From contig CAWBLL010000019.1 in assembly GCA_963789465.1 (NCBI GenBank), forward strand, positions 782,173-846,172: a DNA stretch of 64,000 bases, read 5' to 3'. The DNA is from an uncultured Bacteroidales bacterium (lineage in GTDB: Bacteria > Bacteroidota > Bacteroidia > Bacteroidales > VadinHA17). Numbering within the stretch: the first letter of the stretch is position 1; each line of letters starts with the position of its first letter. A program made the position numbers and the translations under genes. The notes beneath the pieces are model-generated. The model was not told the origin of the DNA. It made no database searches and was given only the letters and a program-made list of their open reading frames with translations. Shown here piece after piece: positions 1-9,610 of this stretch.

Positions 1-50
1 AAGAAGAGCATTGCCAATATCCGCCAACGGTAATTTCCGGTTTTACTCAT
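1..50 (-). CDS. 5' end of MFS transporter (ExuT-like hexuronate transporter), runs off window start
   Basis: Reverse strand from ATG at 50 reads MSKTGNYRWRILAMLF, typical of the first helix of ExuT-type MFS proteins; 36 bp downstream of gnd in the same orientation. Only 16 codons visible. Confidence 0.55.
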   Translation of the reverse strand, partial: MSKTGNYRWRILAMLF

Positions 51-86
51 AAAAGGTTAACTTAAGGTTATTTTCAAAGTTCAGGC

Positions 87-1541
87 TTATACATTATACG
101 TTGAAGAAGCGGTAGTCCCACCACGTCCGGTCCAGTTGGTATGGAAGAATTCACCTCGAGGTTTGTCTGTCCGCTCATATGTATGAGCTCCGAAATAATC
201 GCGCTGGGCCTGCAAAAGGTTGGCAGGCAGCCTTTCGCAGCGATAACCGTCGTAATATCCAAGTGCAGAGGCTATTGCAGGGACAGGTATGCCGTTCAAT
301 ACTGCGGTTGAAACGACTTTTCTCCATCCGGCTTCAGCCCCTCCAACCTTAGTCCTGAAATAGGGATCAAGAAGAAGGTTGGTAATTGAGGGATTATTTG
401 CAAAAGCCTCCTTTATCTTCCCCAGGAAGGCAGATCTGATTATGCATCCACCTCTCCACATAAGCGCTATGCCTCCATAGTTGAGGTTCCATCCATATTC
501 CACTGCTGCCGCTTTCATCAGTGCATAACCCTGTGCATATGAGACTATCTTGGAAGCATAGAGTGCATCCCTGATATTATTGATAAACTCTGTTCTGTCA
601 CCTTCAAACACAGGAGTAGGGCCATGCAGTATCCCGGAAGCAAGGACACGCTCATCCTTTACAGCAGAAAGACATCTCGAAAAGACTGCTTCCCCGATCA
701 GAGTAAGAGGAATTCCAAGGTCAAGAGCTGCGATACCAGTCCACTTGCCTGTTCCTTTTTGTCCGGCGGTGTCAAGGATCTTATCCACCAGAGGGCTTCC
801 GTCGGTATCTTTATAAGCCAGAATATCACGGGTAATCTCGATCAGATAGCTGTCCAGTTCGCCTTCATTCCACTCCCTGAAAATCTCATGCATCTCTTCA
901 GCATTAAGCCTGAGGAGATCACGCATTATCTGATACGCCTCAGTAATAAGTTGCATATCGCCATATTCTATCCCGTTATGCACCATTTTTACAAAGTGTC
1001 CGGCGCCATTTTCACCAACCCAGTCACAACAAGGCGACCCATCCTCAACTTTTGCTGCAATTGCCTGTAATATGGGTTTTACAATTGGCCAGGCACCAGG
1101 TGATCCTCCGGGCATTATTGAAGGCCCGTGCAAAGCTCCCTCTTCACCTCCCGATACCCCCGTGCCGATGTACAGAAGTCCTTTGCTCTCAACCAGCGCA
1201 GTTCTTCTGTTGGTGTCAGGGAAATGCGTATTTCCCCCGTCAATGATAGTGTCTCCTGGTGACAACAGGGGCAGGAGCGTGGCAATCATTTCATCGACGG
1301 CATCTCCCGCTTTAATCATCATCATAACTTTCCTCGGACTCGAGAGGGTCTTAACCAATTCCTCAATAGAGTGTGTGCCGGTTATGTTTTTGCCCCTGGC
1401 TCTGCCGCTGAGAAAGTCATCGACTTTCTTTGTGTGGCGGTTGTAAACGGAGACTCTGAAACCCTTGCTCTCCATATTGAGTACAAGGTTTTCTCCCATA
1501 ACAGCTAATCCTATTAATCCGATGTCAGAAAGTGTATCCAT
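87..1541 (-). CDS. gndA: NADP-dependent 6-phosphogluconate dehydrogenase (decarboxylating)
   Basis: IGLIGLAVMGENL Rossmann start, GHFVKMVHNGIEYGDMQ, WRGGCIIRS, QAQRDYFGAHTYER motifs; 484 aa. Confidence 0.97.
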   Translation of the reverse strand: MDTLSDIGLIGLAVMGENLVLNMESKGFRVSVYNRHTKKVDDFLSGRARGKNITGTHSIEELVKTLSSPRKVMMMIKAGDAVDEMIATLLPLLSPGDTIIDGGNTHFPDTNRRTALVESKGLLYIGTGVSGGEEGALHGPSIMPGGSPGAWPIVKPILQAIAAKVEDGSPCCDWVGENGAGHFVKMVHNGIEYGDMQLITEAYQIMRDLLRLNAEEMHEIFREWNEGELDSYLIEITRDILAYKDTDGSPLVDKILDTAGQKGTGKWTGIAALDLGIPLTLIGEAVFSRCLSAVKDERVLASGILHGPTPVFEGDRTEFINNIRDALYASKIVSYAQGYALMKAAAVEYGWNLNYGGIALMWRGGCIIRSAFLGKIKEAFANNPSITNLLLDPYFRTKVGGAEAGWRKVVSTAVLNGIPVPAIASALGYYDGYRCERLPANLLQAQRDYFGAHTYERTDKPRGEFFHTNWTGRGGTTASSTYNV

Positions 1542-1563
1542 GAGTATGAATTTAATTATGTTA

Positions 1564-2550
1564 TTATGTCATTTTATTGTAGTAACCCCGCACAATATCA
1601 TCCATAACATGGCTTGTTCTTGCACCTGAGATACCGGTACTCGGTGATTCCCCTTTCCCTTCAAGGGCCCTCACGATCTTTTCAATCAGGTAATACTGGA
1701 CATGCTCAGGACGTTCGTTCCGATATTCCATCCGGCCTGACTCATTTGCGACCACTATTGGCTCAAAACTGAAAGCAGAGAACTTAATAAATCCTTTTGT
1801 GCCTGTTATCTCAATGGTATCACGGTTGCTTTCCGCTGAAGCATTGAAACACCAGGTGCCGGTTCCGGCTATATTGTCAGGAAATTCGAACTCTGCACTC
1901 ACAAAATCTTCGGCTTTGTAAAGACCTCCCTGGTTCAGCACTAACGACTGAACCTTCTGTATGGATCCGAAGAGAAAGTCAAGGTAATCGAGCTGATGAC
2001 AGGCAAGGTCAAAGAAATGCCCACCCCCTGAAATAGCAGGATCGACACGCCATGGTAGCCTTCCGGCTTTTTCATCTTCAGAGGGACTCTTGAAGAGCTG
2101 CATCTGGAGAAAACGCACCCTCCCGATGCTTCCGTTTTCGATGAACTCCTTTACCTTGAGAAATCCTGGGAGCGCGCGTCTGTAATATGCCACGAATACC
2201 GGTATTCCTTTCTTTTCAGCAGCTTCATTGATCCGTTGACATTCGGCATGATTCACTGCCATAGGTTTTTCAATGTAAACAGGTTTTCCGGCCTCGATAG
2301 CCGCAATGGCATATTCCATGTGACTGCCCGGAGGTGTGGCGACATAAACAGCATCAATATCCTTATCACTGATTAGGTCAAATCCGGTAGAATGGACTTT
2401 TGGTACATTGTGTCGCCGTGCATAATCTTCGGCAAGCGCTTTATTCCTTCTGGTCACAGCAATAAGCCTTGATCCTTCAATTTTATTGAATGCGGGCCCG
2501 CTCTTGAGTTCTGTGACATTTCCACATCCTATGATTCCCCAGTTTATCAT
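1564..2550 (-). CDS. Gfo/Idh/MocA family oxidoreductase (cytoplasmic, substrate unknown)
   Basis: WGIIGCG, VYVATPP, YIEKPMA, GGGHFFDLACH motifs; no signal peptide. Confidence 0.9.
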   Translation of the reverse strand: MINWGIIGCGNVTELKSGPAFNKIEGSRLIAVTRRNKALAEDYARRHNVPKVHSTGFDLISDKDIDAVYVATPPGSHMEYAIAAIEAGKPVYIEKPMAVNHAECQRINEAAEKKGIPVFVAYYRRALPGFLKVKEFIENGSIGRVRFLQMQLFKSPSEDEKAGRLPWRVDPAISGGGHFFDLACHQLDYLDFLFGSIQKVQSLVLNQGGLYKAEDFVSAEFEFPDNIAGTGTWCFNASAESNRDTIEITGTKGFIKFSAFSFEPIVVANESGRMEYRNERPEHVQYYLIEKIVRALEGKGESPSTGISGARTSHVMDDIVRGYYNKMT

Positions 2551-2570
2551 ATTATTGGTATCATGTTAAT

Positions 2571-3845
2571 TTAGCCGTTCAGTCTTTCCCCTGATGTCCA
2601 TAATCCGAGTGCCGGATTTGATATATAGAATATTTCTTCGCCATCACTCATCCTGTTGAAACCTTCATTCATGTTGTCAGGATTGTATTTTTTCAACATT
2701 TTACTGAGATCCTGGTATCTGAAATTTACCGACTCAATCTCTTCCTGTGATATGAAGCCCGGGCAGTAAGTTATGGAAAACCTGCTTTCAGAACTGCCAT
2801 GAATGAGGTGGGCAGCCGCACTCAGGTTATTTCTCAGTTCTTCATTTTCCCCAAGGGATTTCAGTGTTTCAGGTGTTCCCCTGTAACCGTATTTTCTTAT
2901 CAACCGGTCAATTTCCCTGTCTTCACCGAATTCTTTCAGCCCGGGAGCCAGTACAATGAGTTCACCATTGTCTGCCATAGCCATTCTGGTTCGGTAAATG
3001 CTCTTATTTCCCAGCCAGGTGCTCTTGAATTCTGAAGGATTGAGATACACGATAACTTTTTTCAGGGGTTTGTCCAGCCTTGAAAAGTTCACCTTTATGG
3101 AGAGTTCGGAAGCCAGCCGGAATACCTCTTCATCATCCCCTATATAGAGGCCCCGGATAACAAGCTTCCCGTCACTTTCACGTCCGATCACGGTCTGTAC
3201 ATAAACTACAGGAAGATGAGACATAAACTTTGAATCGGCATAATTGAGCAGGTCCCTTACCGGATTGTGGTACTTGCCCATTATCCGCTCCATTCCATAT
3301 ACTGCTCCCAGGAAGTGACTTTTGTTAATACCCTCAGGCCCGCCTGTGCCGACCAGAAGGTTTTTGTTATAACTCGCCATTCCTATTACTTCATGCGGAA
3401 CAACCTGTCCAACCGAGAGTATAAGATCATGCCCCCCGTTGAATACCAATCTGTTCAGTTGTGCGGGCCAGGAATAATCCAGTGCTCCATTGGTGATATT
3501 TGAAACAAAGTCACCAGGAACAGTACCTATAGTAACAACATCCTTCCTCCAGTCATGAACACGGAACAGACCGCGGGGAACACCATGAAACATGATCTCC
3601 AGCTGATCATCAGACATTTTAACGTGAGTGCCCAGAGCCGGAAGAATGTCCTTGAGCCTGTCTTTATAGTAATTGTATATCAAGGTTGTCAGTTCACCGG
3701 CCCTGGAATGAAAACGGGTAAAATCAGGGGGAACAACGAGAACTTTTTTCACTGTACCCAGTTTGTCCAGTGCAGTGCAGAGACCCTGTTCCAGATCCTT
3801 ACCGTCAATTACTGTATTTTCAGAACCTGACTGGAAGTATATCAT
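2571..3845 (-). CDS. LarA-family (nickel-pincer, DUF2088) alpha-hydroxyacid racemase/epimerase, probable D-mannonate/D-gluconate 2-epimerase
   Basis: PPDFTRFH, ALGTH, VHDWR, VPHEVIG, YNKN, NKSH motifs match LarA catalytic and cofactor residues; substrate inferred from position between uxuB and gnd. Confidence 0.8.
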   Translation of the reverse strand: MIYFQSGSENTVIDGKDLEQGLCTALDKLGTVKKVLVVPPDFTRFHSRAGELTTLIYNYYKDRLKDILPALGTHVKMSDDQLEIMFHGVPRGLFRVHDWRKDVVTIGTVPGDFVSNITNGALDYSWPAQLNRLVFNGGHDLILSVGQVVPHEVIGMASYNKNLLVGTGGPEGINKSHFLGAVYGMERIMGKYHNPVRDLLNYADSKFMSHLPVVYVQTVIGRESDGKLVIRGLYIGDDEEVFRLASELSIKVNFSRLDKPLKKVIVYLNPSEFKSTWLGNKSIYRTRMAMADNGELIVLAPGLKEFGEDREIDRLIRKYGYRGTPETLKSLGENEELRNNLSAAAHLIHGSSESRFSITYCPGFISQEEIESVNFRYQDLSKMLKKYNPDNMNEGFNRMSDGEEIFYISNPALGLWTSGERLNG

Positions 3846-3963
3846 AACTAATATTCCGTTTTATAGCATTACAAATTTCCTCTTTCTTATCCCAAATAAT
3901 ATCAGGCAACAGGAGTTCTTCTCCTTTCAACCTGTCTCTAAGCTTAGACCTGCAGTATATAGT

Positions 3964-4807
3964 CTACACTCCGCTATATGCACTGAATCCGCCGTCGACA
4001 GGAATGACTACACCGGTCACAAAATTAGACATCTCAGACACAAGATAAAGCAGTGTGCCTGTTAATTCTTCAGGTACAGCATAGCGTTCCATCGGTGTGC
4101 CCTTCAGTACCTTCAATCCCCTGGGGGTTGGTCCGCCAGTTGTTTCATCTATCATGAGGAACCTGTTCTGATTTGTAAGCAGGAAGCCGGGAGCGATGGC
4201 ATTTACCCTGACTCCCGTTTTGGAAAAGTGTACGGCAAGCCATTGTGTGAAGTTATTTATAGCCGCTTTTGCAGCGGAATAAGCTGCAATTTTTGTGAGG
4301 GGGCGGTAAGAATTCATCGATGATATATTTATTATCACTCCGGATTTCTTTCTGACCATGTCGGTAGCAAAAACCATGGAGGGTATAAGTGTGCCTTTAA
4401 AATTAATGTCAAAAACCTTATCAAACCCTTCAGATCTGCAGGCCGAAAAAGGTGTCCTCAAGATTTTCGTTCACGGTTCCATCCATCTTTTCGACCTTCG
4501 TGGTTCCGGCCGGTGAGTTTCCGCCCGCTCCATTTACCAGTATATCAATGGGACCAAATTTATCATTGATCTCTTTTTTTGCCGCAATCAGAGAGGCTTT
4601 GTCCAGTACATTGGCTGAAATCCCAAGGGTGGCAATTCCCAGATCTTTTTCTATATCTGACGATACCCGAAGGGCGGCTTCCCTGTTCAGGTCAAGGACA
4701 GCGCATTTTACACCCTGTGCTGCGAGTGACCTTGCCATCACTGAACAGATTATCCCGGCACCGCCGGTAATGACTGCAACTTTATCCCTTAAATTAAATT
4801 CATTCAT
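3964..4807 (-). CDS. uxuB: SDR family D-mannonate oxidoreductase (fructuronate reductase); one apparent +1 frameshift near 4432
   Basis: Two ORF-track pieces join: VAVITGGAG...LVNGAGGNSP and INISSM...YSAAK...VNAIAPGF; removing one T in CAG ATC TGA AGG gives QIEGFDKVF. Start taken as ATG 4807 next to the uxaC stop. Confidence 0.85.
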
Positions 4808-4808
4808 G

Positions 4809-6221
4809 TCAGCTTGGTTTTTTATTAAAGTTAAAATAATTCCTCGCATTTTTATAGGATATACCCTCGATCAAGGGTTTAAGCAGGTCATCATCATCAG
4901 GTATGAGGCCTTTTTCAACCTGTTCGCCAATGAAATTGCAGGCAAGCCTCCGGAAATATTCATGCCTGGGGTAGGAGAGGAAGCTTCTGGAATCCGTCAC
5001 CATTCCGACAAATCTTCTCAGAAGGCCCAATGATGAAAGGTCTTTCAGATGTTTTTCCATTCCGTTCATCTGATCATGAAACCACCATGCAGCACCGTAC
5101 TGGACCTTCATGGGATAGGAGCCGTCATTGAAATTGCCGGCCATTGTAATCATCATTTCATTGTCAGAAGGGTTCAGATTGTAAAGGATTGTTCTTGCAA
5201 GCTGATCAGTATTGTCGAGCGCATCGAGAAACCTCGACATTTTAACTGCATCCTGAGGAACACCGATCGAATCCCAGCCCGTATCCGGGCCCATCTGCCT
5301 GAATTTCCTCGAATTGTTATTTCTCAGGGCACCTACGTGAAATTGCTGGGTCCAGCCTCGCTCATGATTCATCTTGCAAAGCTCAATCATTACTGCCGAT
5401 CTGTATTTTTCGCTATCCTCAGCTGAAACTTCGTTTCCTTTGAGTAGCTTCCTGAATACGGAATTTACCTCTGAGGGGGTACAGTCGGCAAAATAGAAGC
5501 GGTCAAGACCATGGTCGGAAAGACGACAGCCTGTTTCGTGGAAGTATGTATGCCGCCGGTGAAGAGCTTCGATAAGGTTATAGAAAGTCTTGATCGTGGT
5601 TCCGCTGGCATGTCCGAGTTGATCCAGGTATTTTTTAAACTTTTCAGGATCACTTGTTTTCAATACGTTATCCGGTCTGAAGGTAGGAAGCACAGTTATC
5701 TCAAAAGATTTCTTAAGGCTGATGTGATGCTCAAGTGAGTCGGTAGGATCATCCGTAGTGCAGATTATCTCAGCATTCATATTCCTTATAATGGATTTGA
5801 TGCTGAATTCTTTTGTTCTGAGCATGGCAGTTGCCTTTTCATATATTCCCTCTGCAGTAGACGGAGAAAGAAGCTCATAAATATTGAAATACCGTGCCAG
5901 TTCCAGATGGGTCCAGTGATATAACGGATTTCCCAGGGTAGCCGGAACAGTCTCTGCCCATTTCCGGAACTTGTCAATGTCAGATGCATTGCCTGTGCAA
6001 AATCTTTCAGATATACCGTTACTCCGCATTGCGCGCCATTTGTAGTGATCTCCCTCAAGCCAGGCCTGGGAGAGATTTCCAAAATGCCGGTCCTCTGCGA
6101 TCATTGCAGGTGAGAGATGACAATGGAAATCTATTATGGGCTGATTTTCAGCATATTTATGATACAGATTAACCGCAGTTTTATTTCCCAGCAAAAAATT
6201 ATCATTAATAAATGACTTCAT
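4809..6221 (-). CDS. uxaC: Glucuronate (uronate) isomerase
   Basis: PIIDFHCHL, GDHYKWRAMR, NPLYHWTHLEL, GAAWWF, GMVTDSRSFLSYPRHEYFRR motifs; 470 aa. Confidence 0.97.
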   Translation of the reverse strand: MKSFINDNFLLGNKTAVNLYHKYAENQPIIDFHCHLSPAMIAEDRHFGNLSQAWLEGDHYKWRAMRSNGISERFCTGNASDIDKFRKWAETVPATLGNPLYHWTHLELARYFNIYELLSPSTAEGIYEKATAMLRTKEFSIKSIIRNMNAEIICTTDDPTDSLEHHISLKKSFEITVLPTFRPDNVLKTSDPEKFKKYLDQLGHASGTTIKTFYNLIEALHRRHTYFHETGCRLSDHGLDRFYFADCTPSEVNSVFRKLLKGNEVSAEDSEKYRSAVMIELCKMNHERGWTQQFHVGALRNNNSRKFRQMGPDTGWDSIGVPQDAVKMSRFLDALDNTDQLARTILYNLNPSDNEMMITMAGNFNDGSYPMKVQYGAAWWFHDQMNGMEKHLKDLSSLGLLRRFVGMVTDSRSFLSYPRHEYFRRLACNFIGEQVEKGLIPDDDDLLKPLIEGISYKNARNYFNFNKKPS

Positions 6222-6264
6222 AATTTTACAGGATTCTAAAAATATCTAAATTTGAAAATTTAAC

Positions 6265-6276
6265 ATCGTTAACGAT
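6265..6276. promoter_or_regulatory. Perfect 12-bp palindrome ATCGTTAACGAT, candidate operator between divergent uxaC and GH105 operons
   Basis: Direct reading; 44 bp upstream of the uxaC start. Cognate regulator not in window. Confidence 0.35.
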
Positions 6277-6455
6277 CACGAAAATAGGAAATTCAAACCA
6301 ATAATTCAAGTAATATGTCAAATGTCAATATTAAATTTACATCCGTTTTAAAAGACAAAAGACGATTTTTCATATGATTTCCGTAACATTGTTGCAGAAC
6401 TTTCTCAAAAATTTAAAATTTGAAATATACCTGTCAAAACTTTAAATAATATTCA

Positions 6456-7622
6456 ATGAATCACTCGAGGACAATATTCGTATTTCTTTTGCTGATATCT
6501 TGTTTGTCAGTCAGGTCGCAAAACAGGCAAGCTGCATCCTTCCGGGATGACCTTACGAAGAATGATATTAAAAAAGTTCTGAAAACTATAGCCGACTGGC
6601 AGATCAGGACGCCGCTCGTTCACCCGGCAGCTGACTGGACCAATGCTGCCCTTTATGCAGGAATGGTCAAGTGGGCTGGCATATCGGGCGATGAATCATA
6701 TTTTGAATGGTTGAGAGGCAAGGCAGAGGAAAATTCCTGGTCTTACAAGCAGCCGGATCAGCCTTTGGGCAGGTATCACGCAGATGATTATTGTGTTGGT
6801 CAGACCTACGTTGAACTATACCGAAAATATCATGACATAAAAATGATCGGGCCGGTACGTAAACATCTCGATAATATACTTGATGATCCTGCAACAGGGA
6901 GCCTTGAATTCGTTTATACCGACGATTACTGGCCGACCCAGCGCTGGGCCTGGTGCGATGCAATTTTCATGGGTCCCACGGTCTGGACAAAGATGGCAAA
7001 TGTTACAGGACAAAAGAAGTATCTTGACTTTATGTTTCAGGAGTTTAAGGCCACAACGGATTACCTGTACGATAAGGAGGAACATCTTTATTACAGGGAT
7101 TCACGATATTTCGGCATGAAAGAAGCCAACGGCACAAAAGTCTTCTGGGGAAGGGGGAACGGTTGGGTATTGGCAGGACTACCCGTGATATTAAATGAAC
7201 TTCCGTCAGGCTATGAGCATAAAGATTATTTTGAGGAAATATTTAAAGATATGGCTTCAAAAATACTTTCACTTCAGGGCCCTGACGGCTGCTGGCACGC
7301 TAGCCTGCTTGATCCCGGGAGCTATCCCAATCCTGAAATGAGCGCCACTGCCTTTTTTGTATATGGCTTTGCCTGGGGAATCAATAACGGATATCTCGAC
7401 AGGGAGACTTATCTTCCTGCAATCATCAAAGGATGGAAATCGATGGTGGCAGATGTTGACCCTGATGGTAAGGTTGGTTTCATTCAACCAATCGGTGCTG
7501 ATCCCAAGAAAGTCACCAAAGAGATGACCGAAGTATATGGTGTCGGTGGTTTTCTGATGGCAGGGACTGAAATAACCAGACTTATAGATAACGGGATCCT
7601 GAAAAGCAAAAGAGAAAAGTAA
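6456..7622 (+). CDS. Glycoside hydrolase family 105 (unsaturated rhamnogalacturonyl/glucuronyl hydrolase, YteR-like), secreted
   Basis: Signal peptide; YHADDYC, WAWCDAIFM, FWGRGNGW, QPIGADP, YGVGGFLMAG motifs; upstream of kduI-kduD. Confidence 0.9.
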   Translation: MNHSRTIFVFLLLISCLSVRSQNRQAASFRDDLTKNDIKKVLKTIADWQIRTPLVHPAADWTNAALYAGMVKWAGISGDESYFEWLRGKAEENSWSYKQPDQPLGRYHADDYCVGQTYVELYRKYHDIKMIGPVRKHLDNILDDPATGSLEFVYTDDYWPTQRWAWCDAIFMGPTVWTKMANVTGQKKYLDFMFQEFKATTDYLYDKEEHLYYRDSRYFGMKEANGTKVFWGRGNGWVLAGLPVILNELPSGYEHKDYFEEIFKDMASKILSLQGPDGCWHASLLDPGSYPNPEMSATAFFVYGFAWGINNGYLDRETYLPAIIKGWKSMVADVDPDGKVGFIQPIGADPKKVTKEMTEVYGVGGFLMAGTEITRLIDNGILKSKREK

Positions 7623-7627
7623 GAAGA

Positions 7628-7755
7628 CGTCAGGCGTCAGGCATCAGGCATCAGGCAAAAAGTAAGGATGATCGGCAGGCTGATTCCCAATTTGAAGGGG
7701 GCAAGGGGGATGTTTTAGCTCAGGGCTCAAGGCATAAGTCATAAGGTAAAAGTTT
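7628..7755 (+). repeat. Composite dispersed repeat, copy 1: heptamer array (CRTCAGG x4) + about 50-bp core + degenerate heptamers
   Basis: cgtcagg cgtcagg catcagg catcagg caaaaag, then taaggatgatcggcaggctgattcccaatttgaagggggcaagggggatgt; near-identical reverse-complement copy at 46573-46673. Confidence 0.85.
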
Positions 7756-7827
7756 ATGGTAAATAGAAGCGGAAAACCATCAGGACAGGACATCCGCGGA
7801 TTTTAAAAATCTTTAAATAATATAGAT

Positions 7828-8664
7828 ATGAAAACGGAAATAAGATATGCGGCACATCCCGATGATTTCAAAAAATACGATACGGCAAAAATCAGGGAAC
7901 AATTTCTGGTAGAGAATATCTTTATCCCCGACGAGATCTCTCTTGTCTATTCAATGTACGACCGTTTTATCGTTGGCGGAGCGATGCCGGTAACATCGGA
8001 ACTTTCGCTGACCAGCCCGGATGAGCTGAAATCGGGACAATTTCTTGAAAGAAGGGAGATGGGTATCATTAACGTGGGGGGCGTATCTGAAATAGAAGCC
8101 GGAGGACAGCTCTACAATATCGGATTCAAGGAGGCATTATACCTTGGGAAAGGAACCTTTGACGTAGTATTTAGGTCAGTCGATCCCCGTAAACCCGCCA
8201 GACTTTATATAAATTCAGCACCCGCTCATTATATCTGCAGTTCACGTAAGATCACCATGGAGGATGCGGAAAAAACGGTGCTTGGCAACCCTGAATCATC
8301 AAATCATCGCACTGTTAATAAGCTGCTGGTAAACAGTATTATAGAGACCTGCCAGCTTCAGATGGGCATGACGGAACTCAGGACCGGAAGCGTGTGGAAT
8401 ACGATGCCTGTTCATACACATAACAGGCGTATGGAGGCCTATTTTTACTTTGAGGTTCCGGAGCAACAGGCCATCTGTCACTTTATGGGATCTCCCGACG
8501 AAACCCGGCATATCTGGATGCGTAATGAACAGGCAGTACTGTCGCCTTCATGGAGCATTCACAGCGCAGCAGGGACATCCAATTATACTTTTATATGGGG
8601 AATGGCGGGAGAAAACCTGGATTATGGTGACATGGATGTAAGACAACCAGATACACTTAAGTAA
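7828..8664 (+). CDS. kduI: 5-dehydro-4-deoxy-D-glucuronate isomerase
   Basis: DRFIVGGAMP, FLERREMGIINVGG, CQLQMG, WNTMPVHTHNRRMEAYFYF, SPSWSIH, MAGENLDYGDMD motifs. Confidence 0.96.
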   Translation: MKTEIRYAAHPDDFKKYDTAKIREQFLVENIFIPDEISLVYSMYDRFIVGGAMPVTSELSLTSPDELKSGQFLERREMGIINVGGVSEIEAGGQLYNIGFKEALYLGKGTFDVVFRSVDPRKPARLYINSAPAHYICSSRKITMEDAEKTVLGNPESSNHRTVNKLLVNSIIETCQLQMGMTELRTGSVWNTMPVHTHNRRMEAYFYFEVPEQQAICHFMGSPDETRHIWMRNEQAVLSPSWSIHSAAGTSNYTFIWGMAGENLDYGDMDVRQPDTLK

Positions 8665-8766
8665 TGATAACTTTATGACGCTCCTGGTAATAAAATAAGA
8701 ACTTACAAAGAGTAACATGTCGGGTGCCCGGAGTTTAACAGTGGCATTCATTAAACTTTTCATATT

Positions 8767-9561
8767 ATGACGGATTTATTTGATTTAACAGGAAAGGTAG
8801 CCCTTGTAACAGGAGGAACACACGGAATTGGTCTCGCAACAGGCATTCTGCTGGCTAAAGCAGGTGCCAGGGTTTGTGTAAATGACCTCAGTGAGGATAA
8901 GCTTCAGATATGCAGGGAAAGTTTTAAAAAGGAAGGACTGGAGGTGTTTGCCCTGAGATTTGATGTTACTGATGAAAACGATGTTGACAGGGGTGTCGGT
9001 ATCATTGAAAGGAAGGTGGGACCTGTGGATATACTTGTAAATAATGCAGGAATAATAAAACGCATTCCGATCCTGGATATGTCGGTATCTGACTTTAAGC
9101 AGGTGATCGATGTCGATCTGGTTGCGCCCTTGATTGTCTCCAGGAGGGTAGCCCCTGGGATGATCAGCAAACGTTCCGGAAAAATTATCAATATGTGTTC
9201 AATGATGAGCATATATGGTCGTAATACCGTATCAGCCTATGCCTCTGCAAAGGGGGGGCTGAAGCTGCTTACCCAGAATATGACATGCGAATGGGCAAAA
9301 TACAACATTCAGATTAACGGGATCGGACCCGGATACATCGCTACTGCTCAAACAGCCCCTATCAGGGAGAACGGACATCCTTTCAATGACCTTGTCATGA
9401 CCCGAACACCTGCTGGCAGGTGGGGAGAACCGGAGGATGTGGCGAATGCGGTACTGTTTCTTGCATCAAATGCAAGTAATTTTGTCAATGGTCATATTCT
9501 CTTCGTGGATGGAGGAATATTGGCCAATTTCGGATATGTAAAGGGTGAAAATGATCTTTAG
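8767..9561 (+). CDS. kduD: 2-dehydro-3-deoxy-D-gluconate 5-dehydrogenase (SDR, gluconate 5-dehydrogenase family)
   Basis: ALVTGGTHGIG, LVNNAGII, YASAKGG, NGIGPGYI, RTPAGRWG; directly downstream of kduI. Confidence 0.85.
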   Translation: MTDLFDLTGKVALVTGGTHGIGLATGILLAKAGARVCVNDLSEDKLQICRESFKKEGLEVFALRFDVTDENDVDRGVGIIERKVGPVDILVNNAGIIKRIPILDMSVSDFKQVIDVDLVAPLIVSRRVAPGMISKRSGKIINMCSMMSIYGRNTVSAYASAKGGLKLLTQNMTCEWAKYNIQINGIGPGYIATAQTAPIRENGHPFNDLVMTRTPAGRWGEPEDVANAVLFLASNASNFVNGHILFVDGGILANFGYVKGENDL

Positions 9562-9610
9562 CCGGCTTCTGTTCAAGATAAGCAGGACAGACTCTCAGAC
9601 AACCTGAAAA

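Noticed and set aside
7628-7755. Tandem repeats as possible CRISPR array
   Set aside because: The unit is 7 bp with no unique spacers, and there are no cas genes in the window.
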